In this document: positions 9,605-17,599 of the stretch, piece after piece
How positions within the stretch are numbered: position 1 is the stretch's first letter
How the letters are laid out: each line of letters starts with the position of its first letter
Assembly (NCBI GenBank): GCA_043802425.1
Contig: JAZDLA010000012.1
Location: 1-37,994 of the forward strand
Reading direction: 5' to 3'
Origin: Candidatus Omnitrophota bacterium
Lineage (GTDB): Bacteria; Omnitrophota; Gorgyraeia; Gygaellales; Profunditerraquicolaceae
DNA length: 37,994 nucleotides
Notes under the pieces: model-generated
Databases searched by the model: none
What the model was told of the DNA's origin: nothing
What the model saw: only the letters and a program-made list of their open reading frames with translations
Program-made: the position numbers and the translations under genes

Positions 9605-11000
9605 GACAAACAGCCCGCCCGATATAAATAGATATAAAGAATTATTCGAACGTAACGAATTTGAGCGCTCTGATTTTATTTCTTCCTTAAGGAGAGGGAA
9701 TATTTTTTTATACTGTGAGTTTGAAAATCTTGCTACAGAATCTAGGCAAAGGGATAAATATAATAGAGAAACGGGAGTAATTGAAGTTAAAAATAGCTCT
9801 TTAATCGTCTCGCATTCTAAGTTCAATAAAGATATTTTGCATATAGGTTGTATTTTATCGGATGAATCAGTAGCATTAATCAGTAATAATCACGTCAGCT
9901 CTTTGATGATCATGAAAGCGGTCTTTGCCAGAGAGAGCGTGATTATCGTTCATCATAACTCGATAGCCCCTAAGCGCTACGAGTATCAAACCTGGCCGGA
10001 TGGCATTGTTAGTGATAATGGCATGGCAATTATTTATGGTAATAACTTTGATGGGACTGGTGACGATGCGATTGATTGCGGTAATTCCTTATGCTTTATT
10101 GCTAACAACAATATCAATAGACCTTTTGATGACGGCATAGATATTGATTGCGGCGCTAAAGCATATATAGTTGGCAATAACATCTCCCAACCGTACGATG
10201 AAGGCATTATAATCTCCGATCAATCCTTCGCTCTATTAATAGATAACCAGATTAATGGCGTTAAAAGCACAAATGTTACTAGCGGCCCCTTGATAAATAC
10301 TGCCAATGCTGCTCTTACATTAAGGAGCGGGGGGAAGGCGTATTGTAAAAATTTAACTATTACAGATAGTGATAGAGGAATTTATTTGAAACAAGAATTA
10401 CCTTTAGTTCTTAACCAGCAAGAGTTTAATTCAATAAAACAGGCTATTTTGGATTTGTCTGAGCAAGAGATATCTCTTACTGCTGGTTATTCTTCCAAAC
10501 AGGAGTTGTTAAAGATATTAGATAATTCCTATGAAGATTACCGGGGGTTAAAAATTTTAGGTGACCCGCAAGAAGGTAAAGACAAAGGCTTTATTTATCT
10601 TATTCGACCGCTGAAGAAAATTTTTAAACTTATTGGACACAATCACATTCAGAGCAAGATAGACTTGGATCAGCTACTTAAAATTCCCGATGAAAAAATT
10701 AAACAAAAGTTAGCAAGGTATATTAATTTTCTTTACCTAGACAATAGCATTATTAGCAATTCAGCAATACCATTGATTAGAGAAAAACCCTATTATTTAA
10801 AGATACAAGGTGTAAAAATAGGACAAGATAACATAGACTTAGAAGACGACCGAACTCATCAATTATCGGCTAATGAATTAACTAATTTTATTCAGACTAC
10901 TAAGGCCATCGATGGAGAATTCGGCAAAATTAATAAGAAAATAGGCTATGTCGAAAAATTAATTAAAAAAATGGATACCCATGATCCCCAAGCTCATTAA
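9300..11000 (+). CDS. Secreted right-handed parallel beta-helix repeat protein (paralogue 2)
   Basis: 566 aa. The ATG overlaps the upstream stop (ATGA). Residues 1-102 are identical to paralogue 1 except C10Y. The remainder is homologous but strongly diverged (GNNFDGTGDDAIDCGNSLCFIANNNINRPFDDGIDIDCGAKAYIVGNNISQPYDEGIIISDQS). Confidence 0.75.
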   Translation: MRKKFFLAIYGISVIGLAFVNNQACLGEDKAETVISAGKHEFPQGIIVKKGEALIVNPGAHLKMGKNTRIIVEGKIIAKGTKDRPIIFSGSDGYWRGIKITGTNSPPDINRYKELFERNEFERSDFISSLRRGNIFLYCEFENLATESRQRDKYNRETGVIEVKNSSLIVSHSKFNKDILHIGCILSDESVALISNNHVSSLMIMKAVFARESVIIVHHNSIAPKRYEYQTWPDGIVSDNGMAIIYGNNFDGTGDDAIDCGNSLCFIANNNINRPFDDGIDIDCGAKAYIVGNNISQPYDEGIIISDQSFALLIDNQINGVKSTNVTSGPLINTANAALTLRSGGKAYCKNLTITDSDRGIYLKQELPLVLNQQEFNSIKQAILDLSEQEISLTAGYSSKQELLKILDNSYEDYRGLKILGDPQEGKDKGFIYLIRPLKKIFKLIGHNHIQSKIDLDQLLKIPDEKIKQKLARYINFLYLDNSIISNSAIPLIREKPYYLKIQGVKIGQDNIDLEDDRTHQLSANELTNFIQTTKAIDGEFGKINKKIGYVEKLIKKMDTHDPQAH

Positions 11001-11988
11001 ACAGATTAAACAAAGCAGGAAAATTGTCATATTTATTATTCTACAAAATATTATTCTTATTGCAGTTTTAGGGGTATTTCTTTACTTTAGATTTTATAAA
11101 TCTATTTATGATGACCAATATTTATTCCCCCAAGGGCACTCCCCGAAAACTCAACTTATTAGCTTAGAAGAAGTTAAGAAATTTAATCCGGATTATATAG
11201 TTCAAGAGGAAGACCTGTTAGAGGATAAGGAAGGACACCGAACAGTAACAAATGAAAAATACGGTATTACTGGTGAGCAAATTGAACAAAAGATCAAAAA
11301 GGGAGGAAAGGTCTATTTCATTGATGTGCGAGAGATAGAAGAATATAAAGTCGGTCATATCAATGGCGCTATACATTTAAGAGGAATGGACTTGACCATC
11401 GATAAAATAAAAGAAGGATTTGGGCTAAATCAGGATCAGCTTGACAATAGTTTATTTATTTTGGTTTGCCACGACGGGGGACGCGGGCTTGATTATGTCC
11501 GGCAAATTAATAAACCAAATATTAAATATCTGATAAAGGGGATAGAATACGGGGATGTTGAGAATATTTCCTTAGAGATGACCGGTCCTAAAATTGCCGA
11601 TTTTGAGTTATTTGGTAGAAAGTATCAAACTAAATATCAGATGAAAGCCGAGGATGCAATCAAGATGATCAATTCAGGGGAAGATGTATTAATCATCGAC
11701 GGAAGGGCTCAAATAGAATACCGGAGAAAACATATTAAAGGCTCTGTCTACCTTAAGTGCGGTAGGATGACTACCACTGAATATGAGGAGGCATTAGAAC
11801 AAGTGTTAAAGAGAAAAGGTGCGCACTTAATCGCTCTGCCTGATAGATATGGCGAACTTTTCTATGCGAACTTATTATTTTATCGCCTTGAAAACTATTA
11901 TGGATTTGATGATAGCAAATTCCATATTGTATTTCACCAGTTTGAAAAATTCAACCAAAACCCCGATCTCGAGACTATAAAAGATTAA
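10981..11988 (+). CDS. Membrane-anchored tandem rhodanese-domain protein (paralogue 2)
   Basis: 335 aa. The K/R-rich N terminus is followed by a TM helix (IVIFIILQNIILIAVLGVFLYF). Domain 1 has YFIDVREIEEYKVGHINGAIHL and ILVCHDGGRGLD (CX4R). Domain 2 has LIIDGRAQIEYRRKHIKGSVYL and LIALPDRYGELFYANLL (Asp at the Cys position). It overlaps the upstream gene by 20 nt. Confidence 0.75.
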   Translation: MIPKLIKQIKQSRKIVIFIILQNIILIAVLGVFLYFRFYKSIYDDQYLFPQGHSPKTQLISLEEVKKFNPDYIVQEEDLLEDKEGHRTVTNEKYGITGEQIEQKIKKGGKVYFIDVREIEEYKVGHINGAIHLRGMDLTIDKIKEGFGLNQDQLDNSLFILVCHDGGRGLDYVRQINKPNIKYLIKGIEYGDVENISLEMTGPKIADFELFGRKYQTKYQMKAEDAIKMINSGEDVLIIDGRAQIEYRRKHIKGSVYLKCGRMTTTEYEEALEQVLKRKGAHLIALPDRYGELFYANLLFYRLENYYGFDDSKFHIVFHQFEKFNQNPDLETIKD

Positions 11989-12026
11989 GGGTTGCACCTT
12001 TCTTCGAAATAAAATACAAATAAAAT

Positions 12027-12365
12027 ATGCTGATATTAAGAGGGATTTTAATATATGCTTTGATGCTTGTGGCTCCTGCCGCAGCCTGGGCGATTTTACC
12101 TCCCAGCTTCTTTGTTCAAGGGCTAACTTCAATTTCTGCAATAATTGCCGGAGCGATTGGGGTAACAATCGGCTATTTTTTTATCTTTTGGAGAATTTTC
12201 AAGATAATTGCCAGTAAGTATAAAAGGGTTATTTTATTTCTGTTAATACAAAATATCGTTATTGCTGCCTTGTTATGTATAATTTTTTACTGGGGTTTCT
12301 ATAAACCTTTGTATAAAACTTCCTATTTATATCAGACTCAAAATTCTAACAGCCAACCCGAATAG
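12027..12365 (+). CDS. Small ~3-TM membrane protein. Its C-terminal helix is paralogous to the anchor of rhodanese paralogue 2
   Basis: 112 aa and hydrophobic throughout. KRVILFLLIQNIVIAALLCIIFYWGFYKPLYKTSYLY aligns with RKIVIFIILQNIILIAVLGVFLYFRFYKSIYDDQYLF of the preceding gene. Confidence 0.5.
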   Translation: MLILRGILIYALMLVAPAAAWAILPPSFFVQGLTSISAIIAGAIGVTIGYFFIFWRIFKIIASKYKRVILFLLIQNIVIAALLCIIFYWGFYKPLYKTSYLYQTQNSNSQPE

Positions 12366-12374
12366 CGCCCTGGG

Positions 12375-14261
12375 ATGAATAATAAAATACCTTCTAAGAT
12401 AAAAAATCTCATTTGGCTCAAGGAAAAAGGCTTTAAAATAAAGCCCTTCTTTGTCATTGATGAGCTAATAATAAAGAGCATCGAACTAGAGATTGAAAAG
12501 ATAATTCATTTTTTCCAAGCCCAAGAAGTAGAAAGCGTAATTATCAGAAGCGCAAGCTGCCGTGAAGATTCAGACGATAAATCCCAGGCAGGTTTTTTTG
12601 AAAGCTCAGGAGAAATTTTATTAAAAAATTTAACTGCCCAAAGAGTGCTAAGCCTATGGCTGGTTAATAAGAAAAAGGCGAAGCAAATAAAATGTTCTGA
12701 GCTATATCTTTTTATTCAACAATATATTCAAGCTGATTACTGGGGGGTTATTTTCAGCCAGCAGATTTATGATCAAGACCGAGCAAGTTTAATGCTATCT
12801 ACCCTCCCCGGTGCTATTACCGGAGGCAAGAACGCGGAGAAAAATGTTACCTATAATAAAAAAAATAATCAGTGGATAAATCAGGATATTTTATCGGGAA
12901 GCTTAGAAAAAAAATTGTCCGGTATTATTTTTACCGCGGAGGAAAAATTCCCGGAAGGAGCTGATATTGAGCTGGGGATTAAGGAAAACGATGTAGAGTT
13001 ATTCCAAATTAGGCCGATTAACAGGAATAAAGATGAAAAAATCCTGCTGTTTGAGAGGCAAAGGTTAAAGGATGTCTTTGGGGTTAATTTTGAAAAACAA
13101 TCCTGGGTAAAGAATGCCTTTACCCAAGCACTAGGGGACTTAACGCCCCTATCTTTAAGTTTTTATAATTATTTGTTAAATTCAGAGGAAGTCTACTGCC
13201 TGTTAAGAAAAGCCGGGTTTATCGATAAAAGAATGGACACAGATATTAATTATAGGATTTTAGAAAATATCGGTAACCGCACCTTTTATAATACCTGCCA
13301 GGAAAAACTTCTTTTTCCTAAACAAACCAGCCGATGGCCTAACTTTAAGAGAATAATCCATATATCTATTCAGGAAGATATTCTGCGAGAAGAAGGATTG
13401 AAATTATCAAATATTGAGTTATCAATTAATAATTGCTTTGCATGGCTGTTCCTATCCGGAATTTATCTGCAAATATTTATAGAAAAGGAAAAGCAAAAAT
13501 ATGATAGTGGTAGTTTTTCGGAAAAACTCAGGAATACAGAAATTATTTGCGGCGCCTCGAGGCCCCATTTCCAAGAGGCCAGTAGCATAAGTATAGATGA
13601 ATTTATTAAGAAATATTATTATTGGGCAGATTATCCTTATGAATTAGCGAATATCAGAATTTCGGAACAGGATAAGGATGAGATAGCTAAAATATATGCT
13701 TATTTCAATAGGAAGGATAAAAAGGCAGATGTGAATAACTGTTTAGGGAGAAAAGTCCAATTTTGGCTTAAACAGAGAATTCTCCGGAAAGAAAAATTTC
13801 TTAAATCGTTATTCATGGAGCGGGGGCAATTAATACGAACCTACAAAAAAGATATTTTTAAAGCAACGAACTGGGAGGGAATAGTAAAAAAGGGCGAAGA
13901 ACCATTATTGCAAAACGGCTTCTTAGGGGACGATAACGAAAAGCTATCTAATGCATTTTCGGCTATCTCGGGGGAAAACTACCCTTATTCTAAACGAGGG
14001 GCCAGGGAACTTATTATAATGCCTGGAACGATTGATTTGCAAAATGTTGCTTATCTAACCGAAGAGGACGACATCAAGCGGTATATTGGTAGATATATTG
14101 CTATTTATTCTTTCCCTAACAAATGGATCCCATTTATTCCCAGATTAAAAGGTATTATCCTAAAGGAGGGTAATGAGCTTTCCCATATGGCGATCGCTTG
14201 CCGTGAGTATAGAATTCCCTGCAGGGTTGGCTTTTCTTCCCAGTTTAATAATAATTCTTAG
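12375..14261 (+). CDS. PEP-utilising-enzyme family dikinase/phosphotransferase. It has a PPDK_N-type ATP-grasp and a C-terminal phosphohistidine swivel domain but no PEP/pyruvate barrel
   Basis: 628 aa. The N-terminal signature is VIIRSASCREDSDDKSQAGFFES. The extreme C terminus reads GIILKEGNELSHMAIACREYRIPCRVG (mobile His domain). I do not recognise the ~350-aa middle region. No signal peptide. Confidence 0.75.
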   Translation: MNNKIPSKIKNLIWLKEKGFKIKPFFVIDELIIKSIELEIEKIIHFFQAQEVESVIIRSASCREDSDDKSQAGFFESSGEILLKNLTAQRVLSLWLVNKKKAKQIKCSELYLFIQQYIQADYWGVIFSQQIYDQDRASLMLSTLPGAITGGKNAEKNVTYNKKNNQWINQDILSGSLEKKLSGIIFTAEEKFPEGADIELGIKENDVELFQIRPINRNKDEKILLFERQRLKDVFGVNFEKQSWVKNAFTQALGDLTPLSLSFYNYLLNSEEVYCLLRKAGFIDKRMDTDINYRILENIGNRTFYNTCQEKLLFPKQTSRWPNFKRIIHISIQEDILREEGLKLSNIELSINNCFAWLFLSGIYLQIFIEKEKQKYDSGSFSEKLRNTEIICGASRPHFQEASSISIDEFIKKYYYWADYPYELANIRISEQDKDEIAKIYAYFNRKDKKADVNNCLGRKVQFWLKQRILRKEKFLKSLFMERGQLIRTYKKDIFKATNWEGIVKKGEEPLLQNGFLGDDNEKLSNAFSAISGENYPYSKRGARELIIMPGTIDLQNVAYLTEEDDIKRYIGRYIAIYSFPNKWIPFIPRLKGIILKEGNELSHMAIACREYRIPCRVGFSSQFNNNS

Positions 14262-14320
14262 ACTGTATATTCCTAAAAAAATCTACTCTTGTTAACTGAG
14301 GTATTCTTTCCAGAAATACA

Positions 14321-15466
14321 CTATTCAATCTTGTATTTTATGGTGCAATAATCGTTTTTACTGCTTCCCACCACAATAATGTCACCCTTTTTGTCCAATG
14401 CCACCCCGTAGGCTTTATCATCGCCCTTGCTGTCGTAGGTCGCTGATGCCAATTCAGTTAAATCGGGGCCATATATTATGGTGTGGTAATCATTATCGGA
14501 GCCGTTATGAATATAGCCTGTAATAATAATATTGTTATTCTCATCTATTGCTATTCCTTCGGCTCTATCGTTACTCCCGCTATCATATGTCACGGACGCC
14601 AGCTCATTTAAATCGCGATCGTATTTTATAGTGCGGTAATCATAATTTGAGCCAGTATAAACATACCCGGTAACAATAATATTATTGTTTGTATCTACCG
14701 CTACTCCTCGACATTGGTCGTCATCCCCGCTATCATATTTTACAGATTTCATTATACTTAAATCACGATAACTATACTTTACTATGCGGTAATCTCCGTT
14801 TTTTTCATTATTAGAGGTTCCGGCAACAATAATATTATTATCCTTATCGATTGCTACCCCGTAAGCATAGTCATGATTGCCGCTGTCATATGTCGCTGAC
14901 GCCGGCTTAGCCAAATTAGAATCGTATCGTATTAGATAGTAATCCCAGGTAGACTTATCATCTCTTTTTTTCCCTACATCAATAATATTGTTATTTTTAT
15001 CCACAGCTAATGCCCTTGCTCGATCATCAACATAATATGTGCTCTCGTATGTCGCAGAATTAATTGCTCTTAGATCAGAATCATATTTCACGATATAACA
15101 AAGCCAGCTGTAATAATACCACATAAAACCCGCAACAATAATATTATCATCTTTATCCACTACCATTTTATAAGCTTTTGCATCTATATATTCGCTTTCG
15201 CCTTTATATACCATAGAATCAATTATACTTAAATCGGAGTCGTATTTTATGGTTAGGGCATCAAGATCCGATCCATTATTACTGTACCCTGTAACAATAA
15301 TATTATTCTTTCCATCTACTGCTACTGCATAAGCAGCATCATCGCTGCCGCCGTCATAATACTTACAATTTTCTGTCTTAAGCATTTTTGCTTCTAAAAT
15401 TTTTAAAGGGATAACCAGAAAAGTTAAAACCAGTATCCCTATTAATTTGAACTTATTTTCCCGCAT
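14321..15466 (-). CDS. Secreted 7-repeat beta-propeller-type protein (SBBP / delta-60-like repeats)
   Basis: 381 aa with an N-terminal signal peptide. Seven units of about 47-50 aa follow the pattern YDSG..DD.A.GVA.D..NNIIVTGY...GS..DY.TIKYD.DL. Confidence 0.65.
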   Translation of the reverse strand: MRENKFKLIGILVLTFLVIPLKILEAKMLKTENCKYYDGGSDDAAYAVAVDGKNNIIVTGYSNNGSDLDALTIKYDSDLSIIDSMVYKGESEYIDAKAYKMVVDKDDNIIVAGFMWYYYSWLCYIVKYDSDLRAINSATYESTYYVDDRARALAVDKNNNIIDVGKKRDDKSTWDYYLIRYDSNLAKPASATYDSGNHDYAYGVAIDKDNNIIVAGTSNNEKNGDYRIVKYSYRDLSIMKSVKYDSGDDDQCRGVAVDTNNNIIVTGYVYTGSNYDYRTIKYDRDLNELASVTYDSGSNDRAEGIAIDENNNIIITGYIHNGSDNDYHTIIYGPDLTELASATYDSKGDDKAYGVALDKKGDIIVVGSSKNDYCTIKYKIE

Positions 15467-15569
15467 CTTTTTATAAATTTAGGCAACTAATTTTTTATTC
15501 CTTCCCCTGGGGGGGGGTAAGATGTTATTATTTAGGCTGTTTTTGTGTAGGTGTAAAAATCCTAAGTTA

Positions 15570-16655
15570 TTAATTTCTGGTTATACGCTGAATCTTCTGT
15601 AGGTAATGGAGTCTGCTAGCGCCATTTATAACTTCGTTAAGACCTAATTTTTTAGCGTTTACTTTTAATCTCCAGACTATTTCTTCTTTAGGAGTTACTT
15701 CTATAATCTGCAACGGCGTCAGAATTAAAGTGTTACCATTTGGAAGTCTGTCAGCATCACAGGTCAGGTTTTCTTGTTTCCAGTTAGGGGGATCGAATGA
15801 CCAGGTTATTTCCCCTGTTTTAGAATTGATTTGCGCAACAGGATAAAAAAATACTGATTCATCTGGAGTTGGCTGAGATGCGTAATTTTTAAGTAGCGGA
15901 TATTGAGAGATTACTAAAATATCGCCACTGTCAAGTATTTCTGGGTCGTGTGGGTAATAGATTATGCCTTTGCCGATAATTCTTATGACATCACCCTGCT
16001 TAGTTACTTCTGCAAGGCAATTGAAGTTTCGTAAACAAATCAGGGTATTCCCATTAGATAAGCGCTGAACTGCGCAAGTATGCGTAAAACCCCCCACTAA
16101 ATGATCAGGATTGTAAGTAAATTTATCCAGATGCTTACTTACGCTCCACTTCCAAACTACATGCCCGTATTTATCTACTTCTGTAACCTGCGCATCCGTT
16201 ATTTTATCTTCCATTCCAAAGACATAGAGCGTGTTACCATTGGGCAGTCGATCTGCATCATGACTTATTTTACTAGTCTTGTAGGACCAGATAATATCCC
16301 CTTCTTTGTTAACTTCATAAACTCCACGAAGTGCACATACAAAAAGTGTATTGCCGTTAGAGAGCCTTTCTACATCTATGCCACGATAATATGGTTTCAA
16401 ATTGTCCGGTAATCTATACTCCCAGACCACTCGGCCCTCCATGTCTACTTCCACAATCCGCGGATTATGCATGTCAGTCGTATCAGTAAAAAGCGTTGTC
16501 CCGTTGCAAGCTTTCTCCTTCTTCCATATATCTACAGTCCATCTATCACTATTTCCCTGCGGTTTTTTACCTTGTTCTGCACTAACTGTATATACAAAAC
16601 ACAAATGAAAAAAGAATATAGATATAGTAAGAATATAAGTTAGCTTATTGTTCAT
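15570..16655 (-). CDS. Secreted beta-propeller protein, arylsulfotransferase (ASST)-like
   Basis: 361 aa with signal peptide ILTISIFFFHLCFVYTVSA. There are four copies of (D/Q/E)RL(S/P)NGNTL spaced about 45-80 aa apart, three of them embedded in blade-like motifs (HDADRLPNGNTLYVFG, CAVQRLSNGNTLICL, CDADRLPNGNTLILT). The family name comes from pattern memory only. Confidence 0.5.
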   Translation of the reverse strand: MNNKLTYILTISIFFFHLCFVYTVSAEQGKKPQGNSDRWTVDIWKKEKACNGTTLFTDTTDMHNPRIVEVDMEGRVVWEYRLPDNLKPYYRGIDVERLSNGNTLFVCALRGVYEVNKEGDIIWSYKTSKISHDADRLPNGNTLYVFGMEDKITDAQVTEVDKYGHVVWKWSVSKHLDKFTYNPDHLVGGFTHTCAVQRLSNGNTLICLRNFNCLAEVTKQGDVIRIIGKGIIYYPHDPEILDSGDILVISQYPLLKNYASQPTPDESVFFYPVAQINSKTGEITWSFDPPNWKQENLTCDADRLPNGNTLILTPLQIIEVTPKEEIVWRLKVNAKKLGLNEVINGASRLHYLQKIQRITRN

Positions 16656-16721
16656 AATTTTGGGTCTTCATAAACGATATTTCTATTTTATAAAATTTAT
16701 TTTGAACTACTGCGGAGAAAA

Positions 16722-16832
16722 TTATAGATATAATTTTTTGGGGGGCCTTATATCTATAATAAAAGCAACATTGTTCTCTTGAAGCTTATTGAGAGAGTCC
16801 CCTAGCTTAAGTCCCTCATAGCCGATTGCCAT
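16722..16832 (-). pseudogene. Probable N-terminal fragment of a DUF488-like gene (36 codons, then stop)
   Basis: The - strand reads MAIGYEGLKLGDSLNKLQENNVAFIIDIRPPKKLYL*. The IGYEG...L....N..(I/V)IDxR..P pattern matches my memory of DUF488 N termini. The frame ends just after a C6A6 run (plus-strand T6G6, 16734-16745), and no frame continues the protein. Confidence 0.35.
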
Positions 16833-17172
16833 TAAAATTTTTATTTTACTTATATATTCGTTATTTTATCTTATAATTTTAATTAGTCAAGGCCTAGTTT
16901 TACTGTGCACTAGCAAGGTAGAAATGTCCTGTTTTTAGCAATTTTAATCTCTAAAACAGCTGCCAGCCGCCTCTTAGAGATTGTAGGGCCGTAACCTTAC
17001 TTGCCCCAATAAGTAAGTTTCTTTTGGCGATAAAGCCCCACACCGATATTTTTTCGGTAAAAAGTTGTTTAACCCTGTCAAAATTAATCATTCTGTTATC
17101 GGTATCTACTAAGAAGCCCCGGCCTATTTATTGGCTAGGGGGATCTTATAAAACGTTAGAACCCTACGGAAT

Positions 17173-17220
17173 GGGCCCCGCTTATAAATCTTACTCCGTT
17201 TAGCACTCGCGGAGCTTTTG
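17173..17220 (+). repeat. Decayed copy of the tRNA-Asp 3' tip plus its downstream hairpin (att-like, copy A)
   Basis: GGGCCCCGCTTATAAATCTTACTCCGTTTAGCACTCGCGGAGCTTTTG aligns with 17581-17628 (about 42 of 47 positions, one 1-nt indel). Confidence 0.7.
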
Positions 17221-17523
17221 CTTTTATGGGTATTTATCACATTAGTGGCTTTTTAGCCTCTATACGACGGACACTATTTGGACACCAGGGCATAACACAC
17301 AAGCTTAGAAAAGACCGGTCCCGTTTCTCAAATGTGTCCTAGCCAAGGAAGAAGGCGGTGCCACCACGAGGACATTGTGATAACGATACGCTTAAAGGGA
17401 TTGAGTTTGAACTTACCACAGATTTGAAGAGGCGGTGATAAATTGTGAAATCGGAAATACCAAGCCCGAAGATAGGAATATAGAGAGGATAAAAGAATTG
17501 ATTAAGGCGCGGAAAAAAACTAC

Positions 17524-17550
17524 TTAGCATTCCTCTTGTCGTGGTATAAT
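17524..17550 (+). promoter_or_regulatory. Candidate extended -10 promoter facing the radical SAM gene (weak call)
   Basis: TTAGCA-N15-(TG)G-TATAAT, that is TGGTATAAT at 17542-17550, about 100 nt upstream of ATG 17653. The spacer is short and nothing beyond the motif supports it. Confidence 0.3.
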
Positions 17551-17552
17551 TG

Positions 17553-17588
17553 CTTAAGATCGCGAGTTCAAAATCTCGTCGGGCCCGC
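17553..17588 (+). pseudogene. tRNA-Asp 3' fragment (T arm plus acceptor 3' strand); direct repeat of 6548-6574
   Basis: CGCGAGTTCAAAATCTCGTCGGGCCCGC matches tRNA-Asp CGCGAGTTCAAATCTCGTCGGGCCCGC, 27 nt with one extra A. Similarity extends 8 nt further 5' (CTTAAGAT vs CTGAAGAC). No 5' half is present, so it cannot fold as a tRNA. Confidence 0.85.
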
Positions 17589-17599
17589 TTATAAATCCT

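Noticed and set aside
7711-11000. A diversity-generating retroelement (template/variable repeat) as the explanation for the near-identical segments in the beta-helix genes
   Set aside because: No reverse transcriptase is in the window. The repeat sits at the 5' end rather than the C-terminal variable region. The 8 mismatches are not adenine-specific (they include C/T, C/G and G/A changes) and are almost all synonymous.
11875-12168. A 97-aa ORF on the - strand spanning the rhodanese 2 / small TM protein junction
   Set aside because: It overlaps two same-strand + genes that have paralogue support. It has no start context, so it is a shadow ORF.
16101-16608. Two + strand ORFs of 103 aa and 68 aa
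   Set aside because: They are antisense to the repeat-containing secreted propeller gene. They have no SD and a hydrophobic, low-complexity composition.
16951-17091. A 46-codon ORF on the - strand (MINFDRVKQLF...GGWQLF)
   Set aside because: It looks protein-like, but it has no SD, falls below any reasonable length threshold, and matches no family I recognise. It is mentioned only as possible gene debris and is not called as a feature.
17339-17530. A 63-aa ORF on the - strand between the two att-like repeats
   Set aside because: It has no SD and no recognisable motif, and it lies in a region that otherwise looks like eroded debris. It is treated as non-coding.
17173-17590. The idea that the GGGCCCC 5' end (17173) and the T-arm/acceptor-like 3' end (17561-17588) form a tmRNA or another tRNA-like structured RNA
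   Set aside because: The T loop has an extra base. Acceptor pairing would be only 6 bp with a C-C mismatch. No tag reading frame, resume codon or pseudoknot pattern is visible. The sequence after GGGCC(C)CGC is duplicated at both sites, which fits direct att-like repeats instead.
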